DNA of 40,470 bases from the NCBI GenBank assembly GCA_963842945.1, contig CAWJIM010000008.1:1-40470 (forward strand), given 5' to 3'. Position 1 is the first letter of the stretch. Each line of letters begins with the position of its first letter. Made by a program: the position numbers and the translations under genes. Of the stretch, positions 18,047 through 30,288 are shown in pieces. The DNA is from an uncultured Gemmatimonadales bacterium (GTDB lineage Bacteria; Gemmatimonadota; Gemmatimonadetes; Gemmatimonadales; GWC2-71-9). The notes beneath the pieces were generated by a model. That model saw only the letters and a list, made by a program, of their open reading frames with translations. It made no database searches and had not been told where the DNA came from.

Positions 18047-18286
18047 GTGCGGAATGTCACGCTTGCCCTTGCGTTCGCTGCAGTGTGGACCCTCAGCGGC
18101 TGCAAGAAAACTGGAGATGGTCAGTACGAAGTGCAGAAGCCCGTGGTGGGCACCGAGACCGATACGGTGAACACACCGACGGTGGAGACCGGCACGGTGA
18201 AGGACACGATTACCGTCCCGAAAGTCGAGAGCGAGAAGAAGGAAGTCACGGTTCCCAAGGTTGAGGTCAAGAAGCCCAATCAGTAA
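18047..18286 (+). CDS. small Thr/Val/Lys-rich lipoprotein
   Basis: GGAGG RBS then GTG; lipobox LSGC; TVPKVE occurs twice. Confidence 0.75.
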   Translation: MRNVTLALAFAAVWTLSGCKKTGDGQYEVQKPVVGTETDTVNTPTVETGTVKDTITVPKVESEKKEVTVPKVEVKKPNQ

Positions 18287-18387
18287 CCGCTCTCCCGGTT
18301 CGCCCTCTCCAAAATCCAGCGATATATTGCGCGACACCGCGGGGGACACTCAGTCCCCGCGGAGTCTGCTTTTCACCTCGGGTCTCT

Positions 18388-19684
18388 ATGTCACGGCTGA
18401 TCCCACATCTCTCGCTGTGGGTGATTATGGCGGTTGCCCCATCACTGGTGGCCGCTCAGGACCGGATTGCACTTCGGGCCGGCCGACTGGTGGACGTGGA
18501 TCGCGGCGAAATCCGTCGGGATCAGGTGGTGTTGATCCGGAGCGGAAAGATCGAGGTCATTCAGGATGCCTCCACTCGTCTTCCCGCCGGCATTCAGGTC
18601 ATCGACCTCAGCCGCTACACCGTGCTCCCCGGCCTGATCGATTGTCACAGTCATCTGATCGGTGAGGCCGCCACCGCGGATGTGCTCCAGCCGCTCGAAC
18701 GCTCCGAGGCACAGGAGGCCTTCAGTGGAGTGCGCAACGCACGGGCGACACTGCTGGCCGGATTCACTACGGTGCGCGATGTGGGGACCTACCGAGCCTT
18801 CGTCGACGTTGCCCTGCGAGACGCGATCGGTAGATGGTACGGTGATCGGGCCCCGGATGAAGGTGGCCGGAGCCTACGTGACGGTCTCGACCGGTGCGGG
18901 AGAGTTGGTCGGAGCTGCTCCGGATGTGACCATTCCCGCTAGTTTCCGCTTCGGTGTGGCGAACTCGGTAGATCAAGTGCGCGAGCGGGTGCGCGCTATT
19001 CTGAACGGCGGGGCCGACTTCATCAAGATTCTCGCCACCGGTGCGGTCTTCACCCGGGGCACCAAGCCCGGGGTCTCCGAGTTTACCGAAGAGGAGATCC
19101 GGGCGGCGGTGGAGCAGGCCGCGGAGTACGGTACCTTCGTCGCTGCCCATGCCCATGGAGCTGAAGGAATCAAGCGCGCGGTGCGGGCCGGCGTCCGGTC
19201 TATCGAGCACGGATCGCTGATGGATGACGAGGCCATCGCCCTGATGAAGCAGCGCGGCACCTGGCTGGTCGCCGACATCTGGAACGGCGACTACACCGAC
19301 AGCGTGGGACGGGCCGAGCAGTGGCCCGCGGACATCTTGCGCAAGAATGCGGAGACCACGGAGGTCCAACGGGTCGGGTTTCGCAAAGCCGTTGCTGCGG
19401 GAGTCAAGATTGCCTACGGCACCGACAGCGGGATCTATCCCCACGGACTCAACGCCATGCAGCTTGCCTTACATGGTGAAGTACGGCATGACTCCGATGC
19501 AGGCCATTCGCTCGGCCACGCTGTCCGCTGCCCAGCTCATGCAGTGGCAGGACAGCGTGGGCTCGCATTGCTCCCGGAAAGTATGCCGACATCATCGCGG
19601 TCGAGGGCGATGCCCTGGCCGATCTCAGAAGCTTCGGAAGGTTGCTTCGTAATGAAGGGCGGAGTCATCTACCAGCGACCCTGA
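18388..19684 (+). CDS. secreted metal-dependent amidohydrolase (Xaa-Pro dipeptidase-like), frameshifted
   Basis: Signal peptide; PGLIDCHSH, GFTTVRDVG, DFIKI, AAHAHG, SIEHG and GTDSG; frame changes near 18830 and between 19470 and 19640. Confidence 0.85.
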
Positions 19685-19691
19685 GGAGATT

Positions 19692-21768
19692 GTGAGCAAA
19701 AGTATTGGAGTGGAGCCAGCCACAGGTCTCTGGCCTGACGCTCGTTGGAGTTCTGCTGGCCGCGACCAGCGTCGCGGCCCAGACCCCGGCCCCGCGCAGG
19801 CTGACTCTGGACGACATCTACCGGTTTCGGGAGGTCAGCGACCCCGGAGATCTCGCCCGACGGGGGTTGGGTCGCGTACACCGTGGGAACTGACCGATAG
19901 CGTCGAAGGACCGCACCACCCGCGACCTCTGGATGACCAGCTGGGACGGGCGGCAAACGCTGCGGCTTACCACCTCTCCTTCGAGTGAGGGCACTCCGCG
20001 CTGGAGTCCCGACGGCCGGTACCTGGCGTTTCTCTCTGACCGGGAGGATCCACACGAGGTGCAGCAGGTGTGGCTACTCAATCGGGGGGGAGGAGAAGCC
20101 GAACGGATTACCAATCTGCCGGGAGGGGTCAGCCAGTACGCCTGGTCGCCCGATGGCAAGCGCCTGGCCCTGATAGCCAGCGACCCGGATCCCGACTCCG
20201 TCGAAAACGGGCAGCGACTCCAGCGCCACGCCGGACCCCTCCCATCGTGGTGGACCGGTTTCAGTTCAAGGAGGATGAGACCGGCTATCTGGCGAAGCAG
20301 CGGGACCACCTGTATGTCCTCGACCTGGCCAGCCGCAAGCCAACCTTGCTGACGCCGGGCGACTACAACGAGCTGGCGCCGTCCTGGTCGCCCGATGGCA
20401 GGCGCATTGCGTTCGTCAGCAAGCGCCGGCGGAGTTCGACCGCACCAACAACTGGGATCTCTACGTGGTCGACGCGAGTCCGGGCGCCTCGCCCAGCCAG
20501 CTGACCACGTTTGAGGGTCCGGACATGGATCCCGCGTGGGGTGGCCGGGCTCCCACCTGGAGCCCGGACGGTAAGTATCTCGCCTACGTGCAGGGAGGTC
20601 CGCTCAAGCTGATCTATTACGCCGGCCAGAAGCTGGCGGTGGTTCCGGCGGCCGGCGGGCCGGCCAGGGTGCTGACTCCCACTCTGGATCGAAACGTCCT
20701 CTCACCGCGGTGGTCGGCCGACGGCTCCCGCATTCTGTTCCTGCTCGAGGACGACAGGGTCACGCACCTCGCCAGCGTTCCGGCTCAGGGAGGGGCAGTC
20801 GCAGCTGCTCACGCAGGGGCGTCGGCTGGTGAGCGACTACTCCGCCGCGGGCAGTCGAGTCACCGTGCTCGCCAGCACGCCCGATGCGCCCGCTGAGGTG
20901 TTTGCCCTCGAGAACGGCGAGCTGCGGGCGCTCTCCCGGCAGAACGACAGTTGGCTTCGCGGCGTCCAGCTGGCGCCGGTGGAGGAGATCTCCTTCCGGA
21001 GCCGGGACGGCACCGCCATCAACGGCTTTCTGGTGCGGCCGATTGATTTTCAGACAGGGAAACCCGGGTTCCCACCATTCTCCGGATCCACGGCGGTCCG
21101 GTGTACCAGTTCTCCAATGAGTTCGCCTTCGAGTGGCAGCTGTTCGCCGCCAGGGGTTTGCCGTGGTCGCGGCCAATCCGCGGGGCAGCTCGGGCCGGGG
21201 AGAGAAGTTCTCGACCGCCATCTGGGCCGACTGGGGGAACAAGGACGGCCAGGACGTTCTGGCAGCCGTGGACTACGCGGTGGCGCAGGGAGTGGCGGAT
21301 TCCACTCGTCTGGGCGTGGGAGGCTGGAGCTATGGCGGAATCCTGACCGACCAGGTGATCGCCCGAGACCGGCGATTCAAGGCGGCGATCAGCGGTGCGG
21401 GGCAGGGGAATGCGCTTGCCGGGTACGGTACCGACCAGTACGTCAGAGAATACGAGGCGGAGCTGGGGACGCCGTGGGGAAACACCGAGGCCTGGCTTCG
21501 GGTGTCCTATCCCTTCTTCCATGCCGACCGGATCGTGACCCCGACTCTCTTCATGTGCGGGGACAAAGACTTTAACGTTCCCCTACTCAACTCGGAGCAG
21601 ATGTACCAGGCGCTGAAGAGTCTGGGCCGGGACACCGAGCTGGTGATCTACCCGGGGGAGTACCACGAGATCAAGAAGCCCAGCTACGAGCGGGACCGGC
21701 TCCAGCGGTACGTGGAATGGTATGGCCGACATCTCAAGGGTCAGGCAGAGCAGGCAGCAACCCACTAG
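19692..21768 (+). CDS. S9 family peptidase (acylaminoacyl/dipeptidyl peptidase), multiply frameshifted
   Basis: WSPDG propeller repeats spread over several frames; IHGGP, NPRGS, GWSYGG nucleophile, DFNVP and YPGEYH triad. Confidence 0.85.
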
Positions 21769-22176
21769 ATCGCGACTGCAGATTCAGCTCATCCGGCTCG
21801 CGGTGCTGGTGGGCGCGGTGGTGTCTGCAGTTCCGAGCTGCGGCCTGCTATTCCCGCATAATCACCCTGCCCCCAAGTCATCCTCTGACAACCCCAACTC
21901 GGTCTCGGTAGAGGTAGAGAGCCACAACTGGAGCGACATCACCGTCTACCTGATGGCCGGTGGTCTTCCGCAGCGCCTGGGTATGGTGACGGCTCTGGGG
22001 GCTGCCAGCTTCGATTTTCCCTCGCAGCGGCTCAATAACAGCGCCGGCGTCCGGCTTCGGGCCCTGCCGATTGCCGGACAGCCTTCACCAGCGAAACCAT
22101 CCTCGTGCTCCCGGGCCAGGTGATCACCTGGACTCTGGAAAACAATCTCGACCGATCCAGCTTCTCGGTTTATTGA
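21722..22176 (+). CDS. hypothetical lipoprotein, paralog 1 (frameshift near 22080; start uncertain)
   Basis: VPSC lipobox-like; VEVESHNWSDITVYL...QRLGMV...WTLENNLDRSSFSVY. Confidence 0.6.
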
Positions 22177-22184
22177 GTCATTCC

Positions 22185-22588
22185 ATGGTCGCCTTCGGCG
22201 GGTGCTCACCTTCGGTGCATTGCTTTCAGCGGGCCTGGGCTGCGGTCTGTTTTCATCCCACTCGAAGGACTCTCCAGGAGCGAACGACTCCTCGCTTGAT
22301 TCCGAGATTCTGGTGGAGATCGAAAATCACCACTGGAGCGACATCGTCATCTACCTCATGGACGGCAGTCAGTCGCAGCGACTGGGAATGGTTGCCGGAC
22401 TCAGCAACGGGCAGTCTCACGTTTCCCTTTCGCAAACTGACCACAGGAGGAAACGTCCGGCTGCGAGCCTATGCCGGTCGGTGGGTCCGGCTCGCACCAC
22501 CAGCGACGATGTTCGGATCCAGCCCGGCCAGGGGGTCAAGTGGATCCTGGAGAGCGATCTCGACAGATCCTCCCTGTCGGTGTTTTAG
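22185..22588 (+). CDS. hypothetical lipoprotein, paralog 2 (internal compensating frameshifts; start uncertain)
   Basis: GLGC lipobox; VEIENHHWSDIVIYL...QRLGMV...WILESDLDRSSLSVF. Confidence 0.6.
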
Positions 22589-22647
22589 CTGAGAGCTGAG
22601 CTAGGGCTGGAGCTCGTTATCAGCTCCCAGCTCCCAGCTCTTCAGCC
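22588..22647. repeat. inverted short AGCT-core repeats between convergent genes
   Basis: GCTGAGAGCTGAGCTAGGGCTGGAGC...CAGCTCCCAGCTCCCAGCTCTTCAGC; the arms are complementary. Confidence 0.6.
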
Positions 22648-22649
22648 CA

Positions 22650-24033
22650 CTACGCGTTCCGGTCCAGGCACCCTCCGCCTGGATCGGTCGGCACATTCGG
22701 ATTGTTCTGCTCTCTCCGTGGCAGCGGCAGGTTTACATCGGTGCCATAGGTCAGCCCGCCCTTGAACCAATCACCGGTTGGAAAGACCGTTTCCGGGTCG
22801 CGCCCGTACTGCCGGATCAGCCGGCGCATGTCGCCCAGTCGATGTCCGGTGGCGAAGAGCCAGAACGCCCGCTCGCGAACAGCTGATCGATGGCGTCGTC
22901 GACAGTTGCCGGGGGTGGCCAGCGGGTCCAGCCCGACCAGGCCGCGGAGATCGTTCAGTCGCTGAGTCATGGCGCGAGTACGCGCGGCCTGAAGCTCGCT
23001 CTCGGCGATGATGAGTTGGGCTTCGAGGTAATCCGCCAGTGGGACCGACGCATCGAAGCTCGGGATACTTGCTGGGAAACCAGCGTCTCGGTGTTGTTGT
23101 CCGAGCGACGCCCGGAGTCACCGGTGACCCGGATATCCTCGGCTGACACGTAGGGCAGCCCATTGCCTCCCTCCTGATCGTCCACGCCGAACTCCCCGTT
23201 GTTGAACGCCTCGAAGACGCCATTGTGCAAGGCGGCGGGGGTCGTGGCAGTGCTCGGTCTCGTACAGGAAGTCGGGCGGAACAGTCGCGACCGCAGCAGC
23301 GGCCTCGGCGAAGCGCCCCTGATTCAGCAAGCGCCCGGCCGAGTCCGACGGATGCCAGTGAGTGGATCGGATCGCCGGCGACGATGCTGGGATGGGCCAG
23401 TGCGGTATTGAACCGCAGCGATGGCCGTATCCAGGACCTGAGCCGTCGTCAGCGGCGTGCCGATACACGATCTGATCATTCTCGACCCGGCTGACGGTCA
23501 CCCCGGAGCAGAAACCTTCCGCCAGCATGGTGTAGACGTACCCGGACAGCGAGTGCATCTCCGGGATCCCGGTATCGGTGTCCGGATCGGTGCCGAACGA
23601 CTGGAGCGCTACTGGCGGCGTCCTCCGCCGCGCTCCGGGCCCGGTGCAGCGACTGGTACAGCTCAGCCAGTCCTGCGGTGGTGGGCTGGGCCAGGCGGAG
23701 ATCGATCTCGGTCCGGCTGGGGATGAATCCGGGATTCACGAACTCGTCGGCCAGGATGCCGCTGAGCAGGACGTAACCATCGGAGAAGTCGTTGAAGTTG
23801 TCGGGTCGGTGTTCCCGGGATGCCCACCGGCTTGAAGTCGCCATCCTTGGCCAGCGTGAAAATGCTGATGGCGCCCAGGCGCTTGGTGGCGGCGCCGGCC
23901 GGGGTGTCCAGGTCCTCGGACCCGACGATGTTGGGTGGGTCCGTGTCGAGAAGCCCGCAGGCGGCCACTCCGACGAGGAGGAGCGGGACTGCCGAGGCGA
24001 CCAACCGGGCGCGTGAATTTTGCAGCGATGCAT
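22650..24033 (-). CDS. SusD/RagB-like outer-membrane lipoprotein, multiply frameshifted
   Basis: Lipobox VAAC; SGILADEF, LHRAR, GYVYTMLAEGFCSG, EARLIIAE and ERAFWLFATGHRLGDMRR across frames; directly downstream of the SusC-like gene. Confidence 0.8.
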
Positions 24034-24049
24034 TGCTGTCGTCTCCCGG

Positions 24050-27000
24050 TCAGAAGCCAAGGTTCACTCGCGCGACCCAGTAGCGCACCTGGGGCTGCGA
24101 GAAGAAGTCGGTGGCGGCGAAGTTGCTGCCGCCTTCCCGTCCCTGCCCGAAGCCGTTCACCTCGGGGTCGATTCCGCTGTAATCATCGATGGTCAGAAGA
24201 TTGCGGCCACTGAGCGTCAGGCTGACGCGGGCTGGCCCGCAGCGCCCGGGCGATGTTGTCGGGTGCATTGAAAGTGAGTGACAGCTCGCGGAGCTTGATG
24301 AACCACGCCGGCTCGAAGAAACCCCACTCGGTGAAGCCGTTCGGATCTCCGTAGGTGTACGCCGCAGCGGCTGCCTGATCCTCGAGCGGGGCGGTGGGGT
24401 CGACCAGCGCACGGCAGTAGATGACGCCGCCGCCGCAGCGGAAGGAGTCGGTGCCGTTCTCGATCCAGTGCCCGCCGCGGTAATCGAACAGCGCCCCCAG
24501 GTTGAACAGATTGCGGAAGAACGAGAAGTCCGGTCCGCAGACCGAACTCCCGGGTGGGAAGGGCCGAGCCCCGGAGACGGCGTCGACCGTACACTCGGCC
24601 GGTCACGATCTCCGCATCGTCATATACGCCGGCTCGATGACGCCGTTGCCGTTGGCGTCGTTGAACGACGAGAATCGGCCGGTCCCAGATGCCGCCCAGC
24701 GGGTAGCCCTCGACATGCCGCTGGATGAAGCCGAGGGTGATCGGTGCCACACCTTCGCCCAGCTCATCCAGATTGTTCTTGTAGAGCGAGCCGCTGAACG
24801 TCAGATCCCAGGCAAAATTGGGCTTGTCGATGATCCGGGTGTCCAGCCGCAGCTCGATGCCCTGATTGGATACCTGGCCCAGATTGAAGAACTGGGTGCT
24901 GGTGGTGCCCAGCGAGGGCACGATCTCACGCTCGATCAGCGCATCGCTGGTTTGCTTGTAGAAGTAGGTTGCCTCGAGGGTGACCCGGTTGCCGAAGAGG
25001 CCGGCATCGAAGCCGGCCTCGATCTCTTGCGACAGCTCCGGCTTGAGATCGGCATTGCCCAGGTTGGCTATGGTGACGCCGCTGCCCGACACCGCGTCCT
25101 TCCGCACGGCCGACTGGGCATAAAAGCGAAGGGCATCGATGGTCCCGGGCTGCTGGGTGGACTGGCCGTAGGCGGCGCGTAGCCGCAGGGTGTTGAGCCA
25201 TCCCGCGGCCTGCTGTTCGCGGGCCAGCCAGGAGGCGCTGAGCTTCGGCAGGGGCTTGGTATTGAAGTTCTTGCCGAAGGCGCTGTTGTCATCCAACCGC
25301 AGGCCGGCCGTGAGGAAGAGCCGGTTCCGGAAGCTCATCTGCTGATCGATAAAGCCGCCGGCTGATCTGCTCTCCACGTAGTCGTCGGAGGCGTCGGTGG
25401 TGGCCGCGCCGAAGATGGATTCGGTGCCCCGGGCGAGCCCCTGTCCCTGGGAAAAATTGCTGGTGTTGAGGTTGCGGAAGAATTGGCCGCCCACCGCGGT
25501 TCTTCCGCTCCAGGCCGAGGTCACCTTGTAGCTGGCCGCGGTGAACAGATCCACCGAAAGCTGCGACGTCTGCCCCCGGGTAATGTTGAGCTGACCCTCG
25601 TTCTCGGTCGGGTAGGCAGACGGGATTCACTTCGCCGGTCGGCCAGAACTGGGTGTCCTGCTTGTTGGTCACGTCGTAGCCGAACGTCGCTCTGGTGCTG
25701 AGCCAGTCAGAGCGGCCGCCAGTTGGCGGTGAGCCCGCCGGTGAACCGGCCGACGCCCTGACGGTTCCGCTCCGCGAAAATCTCTGCCGGGACCAGGAAC
25801 CAGCCACGATTGATATCCTGGGGATACCCGCTGCCGTCGCCGCTGCCGATCACCGAATTGAGGGTGTTGTCGTTCTCCAGCAGGTGCAGCTGGCTGGTGA
25901 GGTAGCCGAGCGAGAGCTGCAGGTCGGCGTTCGAGGCGACCTTGGCGCGTTGCGTTGGCCCGAAGGCTGAGCTTGTCCAGCTCGTTGGGCCGGACCTGCT
26001 CCTCGGGAATGTCGTTGTTGGTGGCCTGGCTGACGGAGTCGAGGTCGAAGCCCGCGAAGCTTGTAGACGCCGACCTCTCCCTCGTACTCGGCGGAGACGA
26101 TAGTAGGTGGCCGCATCGGTGCCGCCGGCAACATTCAGCCCGTACTGCTGGCGGTGTCCCGGGGCAAGCGGACGCTGGGCGTCGTCGTTCAGAGGATTGT
26201 AGGTGTCGATCCGGCTCTGCACGCAGTCGCCCTGAGCCTGGAGCAACAGGGTGCAGCCGGAGGGATCACCAGTAGCCGGGTCGAAGTCCGGATCATCGGA
26301 GCGGCCGAAGTAGTTCGTCCGGTAGGTGTTCTGGTCGGTCGACAGCTCCCTGTTCCACGAACGCGTTCCAGCGGGGCTTTCCCGCCACTCCCTTCTTGGT
26401 GGTGATCAGAACAACGCCGTTGGCGGCTTGAATGCCGTAGAGCGTCGCGGCGGACGGGCCCTTCACGATCTCGATGTTCTCGATGTCGTCCGGGTTCAGG
26501 TCGTTGATGCGCGAGGTGGACTGGCCTCCGATGTTGTAGGCGTACCCATTGGGCTCGGCATCGATCCTGACGCCGTCCACGTAGTAGAGCGGCTCATTCG
26601 AGAGCGAGACGCTGTTGGAGCCGCGAATCCTGATCTTGGTGCCGGTGCCGGTGGCGCCGCTGCTCTTCAGCACCTGAACGCCGGCGGCTCTCCCGCTGAG
26701 CAGATTGGTGAATTCAGTGATGGGTGCCTCTTCGGCTATTTGTGCTGCCGGAATGGTGGCAATGGAGTTGCCGATCTCCAGCCGACTCTGCTGGCCGGTC
26801 GCCGTGGTGACGAGCTCATCGAGCTGCACCGGTGACAGAGCCATTGCGAAGTTATGGGCCACGACCTCGCCGGCGGCGACCTGGACCGTGTCCCCTGTCG
26901 GCTGGTAGCCGAGCCGCAATACCTTGAGCAGGTACCTGCCCGGGGCGACGCCGCGGATGGTGTACTGCCCGTCCTGCCCGGTGGTTTCGACCCGGTTCGG

Positions 27001-27165
27001 TCCCGCCAGGACCACGCGCGCATTCTCCAGTGGCTCGCCGGTCGATGCATCGCTCACCTTTCCGGCTATGGAGCCCTGCTGGGCGTGGAGGCTGAGGCTG
27101 ACGCCGGCCAGAAGAGCACCGAGCAGCAAGTGCACACGTATGCCCGTACGAATAGCAAATCTCAT
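24050..27165 (-). CDS. SusC/RagA-like TonB-dependent transporter, multiply frameshifted
   Basis: N-terminal carboxypeptidase-regulatory-like domain; DLNPDDIENIEIVKGPSAATLYG..AANGVVLITTKKG signature; LGNADLKPE; C-terminal NLGF. Confidence 0.9.
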
Positions 27166-27335
27166 GGGGGTCTCCTTCGAGCGGACACTGCCAGCTAGTC
27201 GATTGAAGTGTTTAGGTCCTTCAACTAATTGGAGTGGAGCTACCGGTTAGAAGAGCAACGTCGTGACCAGCCCAGGGCCACGGAGACGTCTCGCCAATGT
27301 GCTAAATGACCTTAATTCTGTCAAAGTATGGCCGC

Positions 27336-27364
27336 TTGACGCCTCTCTCGCCGCGTCGTATTTA
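27336..27364 (+). promoter_or_regulatory. putative sigma-70 promoter of the TBDR-led operon
   Basis: TTGACG-N17-TATTTA, about 105 nt before the start codon. Confidence 0.45.
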
Positions 27365-27468
27365 CTTAGCTGCCCATTCTAGTGTTTCAGAGTGCGCCGG
27401 TCCTTGGGGTGCGCGCGTCCACCGTCCTCTGCATTCTGCCGCTCCATCTCCCCTCGGAGGTCTCTGTG

Positions 27469-30274
27469 ATGAGACACGTCGTCCGAATCGTGGCTTACAC
27501 ATTCGCCCTGGGCTGCTTCGCCAATTCCCTTGCGGCGCAAGCCGGTACCATCAGGGGGACGGTGAGCGATAGCACCGGATCATCCTTGGCCAACGCCTCA
27601 CTTACCGTTGACGGCACCACGGTGAAGGCCACCAGCGGCAGTCAGGGGGACTTCGAGCTGAGGGGAGTACCGACGGGGCAACACACCGTGCGAGCTCGCC
27701 TCATCGGTTTTGTCTCCGCCACCGCTCCGGTAACCGTGGTGGCCGGGCAGACGACGCGCCAGGATTTCACTTTGACGCGGAGTCCGGTGCAGCTGGCACC
27801 GATCGACGTAGTGCTCGGTTCCCGGGCCCGGCACACCGCCTCGGAGGAGCTGGCCGTTCCGGTGGACGTGTTCCCCGCCGAGCAGCTGCAGCAGCAGGGG
27901 ACCACCGAGACGAGCCAGATTCTTCAGGCCCTTGCCCCCTCGGTAAACTTCGCCCGGCAGAGTGTTACCGATGCTGGCGACATCGTCCGCCCCTTCACCC
28001 TGCGGGGACTCAGTCCAGACCACACCCTGGTGCTGGTCAACGGGTGGCGACGGCATCAGACCGCCCTGGTCAACAACTTCACCTACGGCATGGGCGCCGG
28101 GTCGAGCGGCGTGGACCTGAACGCCATCCCGGCCAGCGCCATTGACCGCATTGAAGTACTCCGGGACGGAGCCTCGGCCCAGTACGGGTCGGATGCCATT
28201 GCGGGAGTGGTCAACTTCGTCGTCAAGGAAGGGGACCTTACTCCCTTTGTGAACGCCGATATCGGCCGGTATGCCACCCAGGATTACGGCGGCGACGGGA
28301 CCACCTTCGGCGCGAACGGTGGCTGGGGAGTAAAGCTGGGCCGGGGCTCCCTGGGAATCTTCGGTGAGTATCGCGACCGCGATCCCACCAACCGTGCCTG
28401 GGCCGATCCTTTTGAGGTCGCCGGTACCGGGGTGGCTGACTCGATCAACAGCATCGGACAGGTAGTTGAAAAACGGAACCCGGTTCCCCAGCCAAATCAT
28501 CACTGGGGGGACGGTCTGGAACGGGACTACCTGAGCTTCCTCAACTTCCGAATGCCACTCAACGAGGCGGGTACACACGAGATCTACAGCTTCGGGGGAT
28601 ACAGCCACCGGGATGGCACCGGCAACGGCTACCGCCGTTACTTCGACAACAACCGCAACTGGCAGGAGATCTACCCGCTCGGCTTCCTGCCTACCATCAG
28701 CGGAGGGGCCACCGACTGGTCCGGGGCCGGCGGTGTGCGCGGGGTAGTGAGTGGCTGGAGCTACGACCTGGGCGCCGAGTTCGGGCACAACCACTTCGAC
28801 TACGACATCACCAATACCAACAACGCCTCGCTGGGACCCTGCCTGGTGACGCCATGCGCCCCCGGCCCCGATCGCGTTCTGGGGACCGTCGGATGATCCC
28901 GGCATTCCCAACCAGACCGAGTTCTTTGCCGGACGGGTGCTGCGGGAGGAGCTGGTGACCGGCCTGAATGTCGCGCGCCCGCTCGAGGTCGGGCTTCCCG
29001 GGCCGCTGAGCGTCGCGTTCGGAGCGGCGTTCCGGCGGGAGCGCTACGCCATCCGGGAAGGAGAGCTCGCTTCGTATATCAACGGCTTCCATCTGGACCA
29101 GGACAGCGCCGACGTGGCCCCGGCCGGGTCCTCGGTATTCCCCGGGTTTACGCCTGCAGATGCCACTGATGACCATCGCACCAACGTCGGGGTCTACGCC
29201 GATGCCGAGACGAATCTGTCTCGCAAGTTTCTGGTGAACCTGGCGGGGCGGTTCGAGAGCTACAGCGATTTCGGTGACCAGCTGAGCGGTAAGGCCGCCG
29301 TCCGATTCCAACCGAGCTCGCGCCTGACACTTCGCGGAGCAGTGGGAACCGGCTTCCGGGCTCCCGGTTTGAGTCAGGTGCTTTTCGGCAAGGTGACTAC
29401 CAACGTCATCGCCGGCGAGTTCATCGACTTCGGAATCTTTCCGGCCACCAATCCTGCCTCCGCGGCGCTCGGTGCGGTGCCACTCAAGGAGGAGACCTCG
29501 GTCAACTTCAGTGGCGGTCTGGCCATCACTCCACAGGACAACATCACCATCACGGCCGACTACTTCCACATCGAGATCGACGACCGGATTCTGCTCGGCG
29601 CTACCTTCGACGACTCGGTAACCGTGGAACTGCTGTCCGCGGCCGGGTTCGGCACTATCGCCGGAGTGCAGTATTTCACGAACGGGCTGGACACCCGGAC
29701 CCAGGGTGTTGATGTCACTGCCAACTGGCGGCTGCCTGCGGGCAGTAGCGGCACGCTCGACCTGAACGGGTCGATGAATTGGACCAAGAACGAGATCACC
29801 CGGGTCGACCCGCTCCCCCAGGTATTAGTTGATGCCGGGTCCAGCGAGCCCGGCCTCCTCGACTCGGTCACGGCGATCGGCATCGAGGAGGAGCGCCCGG
29901 ACTGGCGGGCCACGCTCCAGGCCAATCTTACGCTCGGGGGGTTCACTGCCCTGGGGCGCTACTCCTATTTCGGCAAGTTCTCCTCGGCGCAGCCGGGCTT
30001 CTGCGATCTCTGCCGAGAAAATTATGGAGCGAAGAGCCTGGTTGACGCCGAGATCGGATACCGTCTCCACCAGGTAAAGCTGTCGCTGGGCGTGCGCAAT
30101 CTGTTCGACACCTATCCGGATCAGCCCAGCTCCACGGTGGTGGTCTCGGACGACGGCAGCACCTCCAAGGATTTCAATGACAACTTTGGAACGTTCCCCT
30201 GGGCGGCCGCTTCGCCCTTCGGCTACAACGGCCGATACGTGTACGCCAGAACCGAGATCCTTTTCACCCGATAG
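27469..30274 (+). CDS. TonB-dependent receptor (one frameshift near 28890)
   Basis: Signal peptide; plug LRGLSPDHTLVLVNG...IDRIEVLRDGASAQYGSDAIAGVVN; barrel TGFRAP, NLFDTYP and PFGYNGRYVY. Confidence 0.9.
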
Positions 30275-30288
30275 CTCGACCGGTCCTT

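Noticed and set aside
27598..28911. Long antisense ORFs (also 14637..15824, 3052..3912, 38828..39733, 31042..31809)
   Set aside because: Shadow ORFs of GC-rich genes that have clear motifs on the opposite strand
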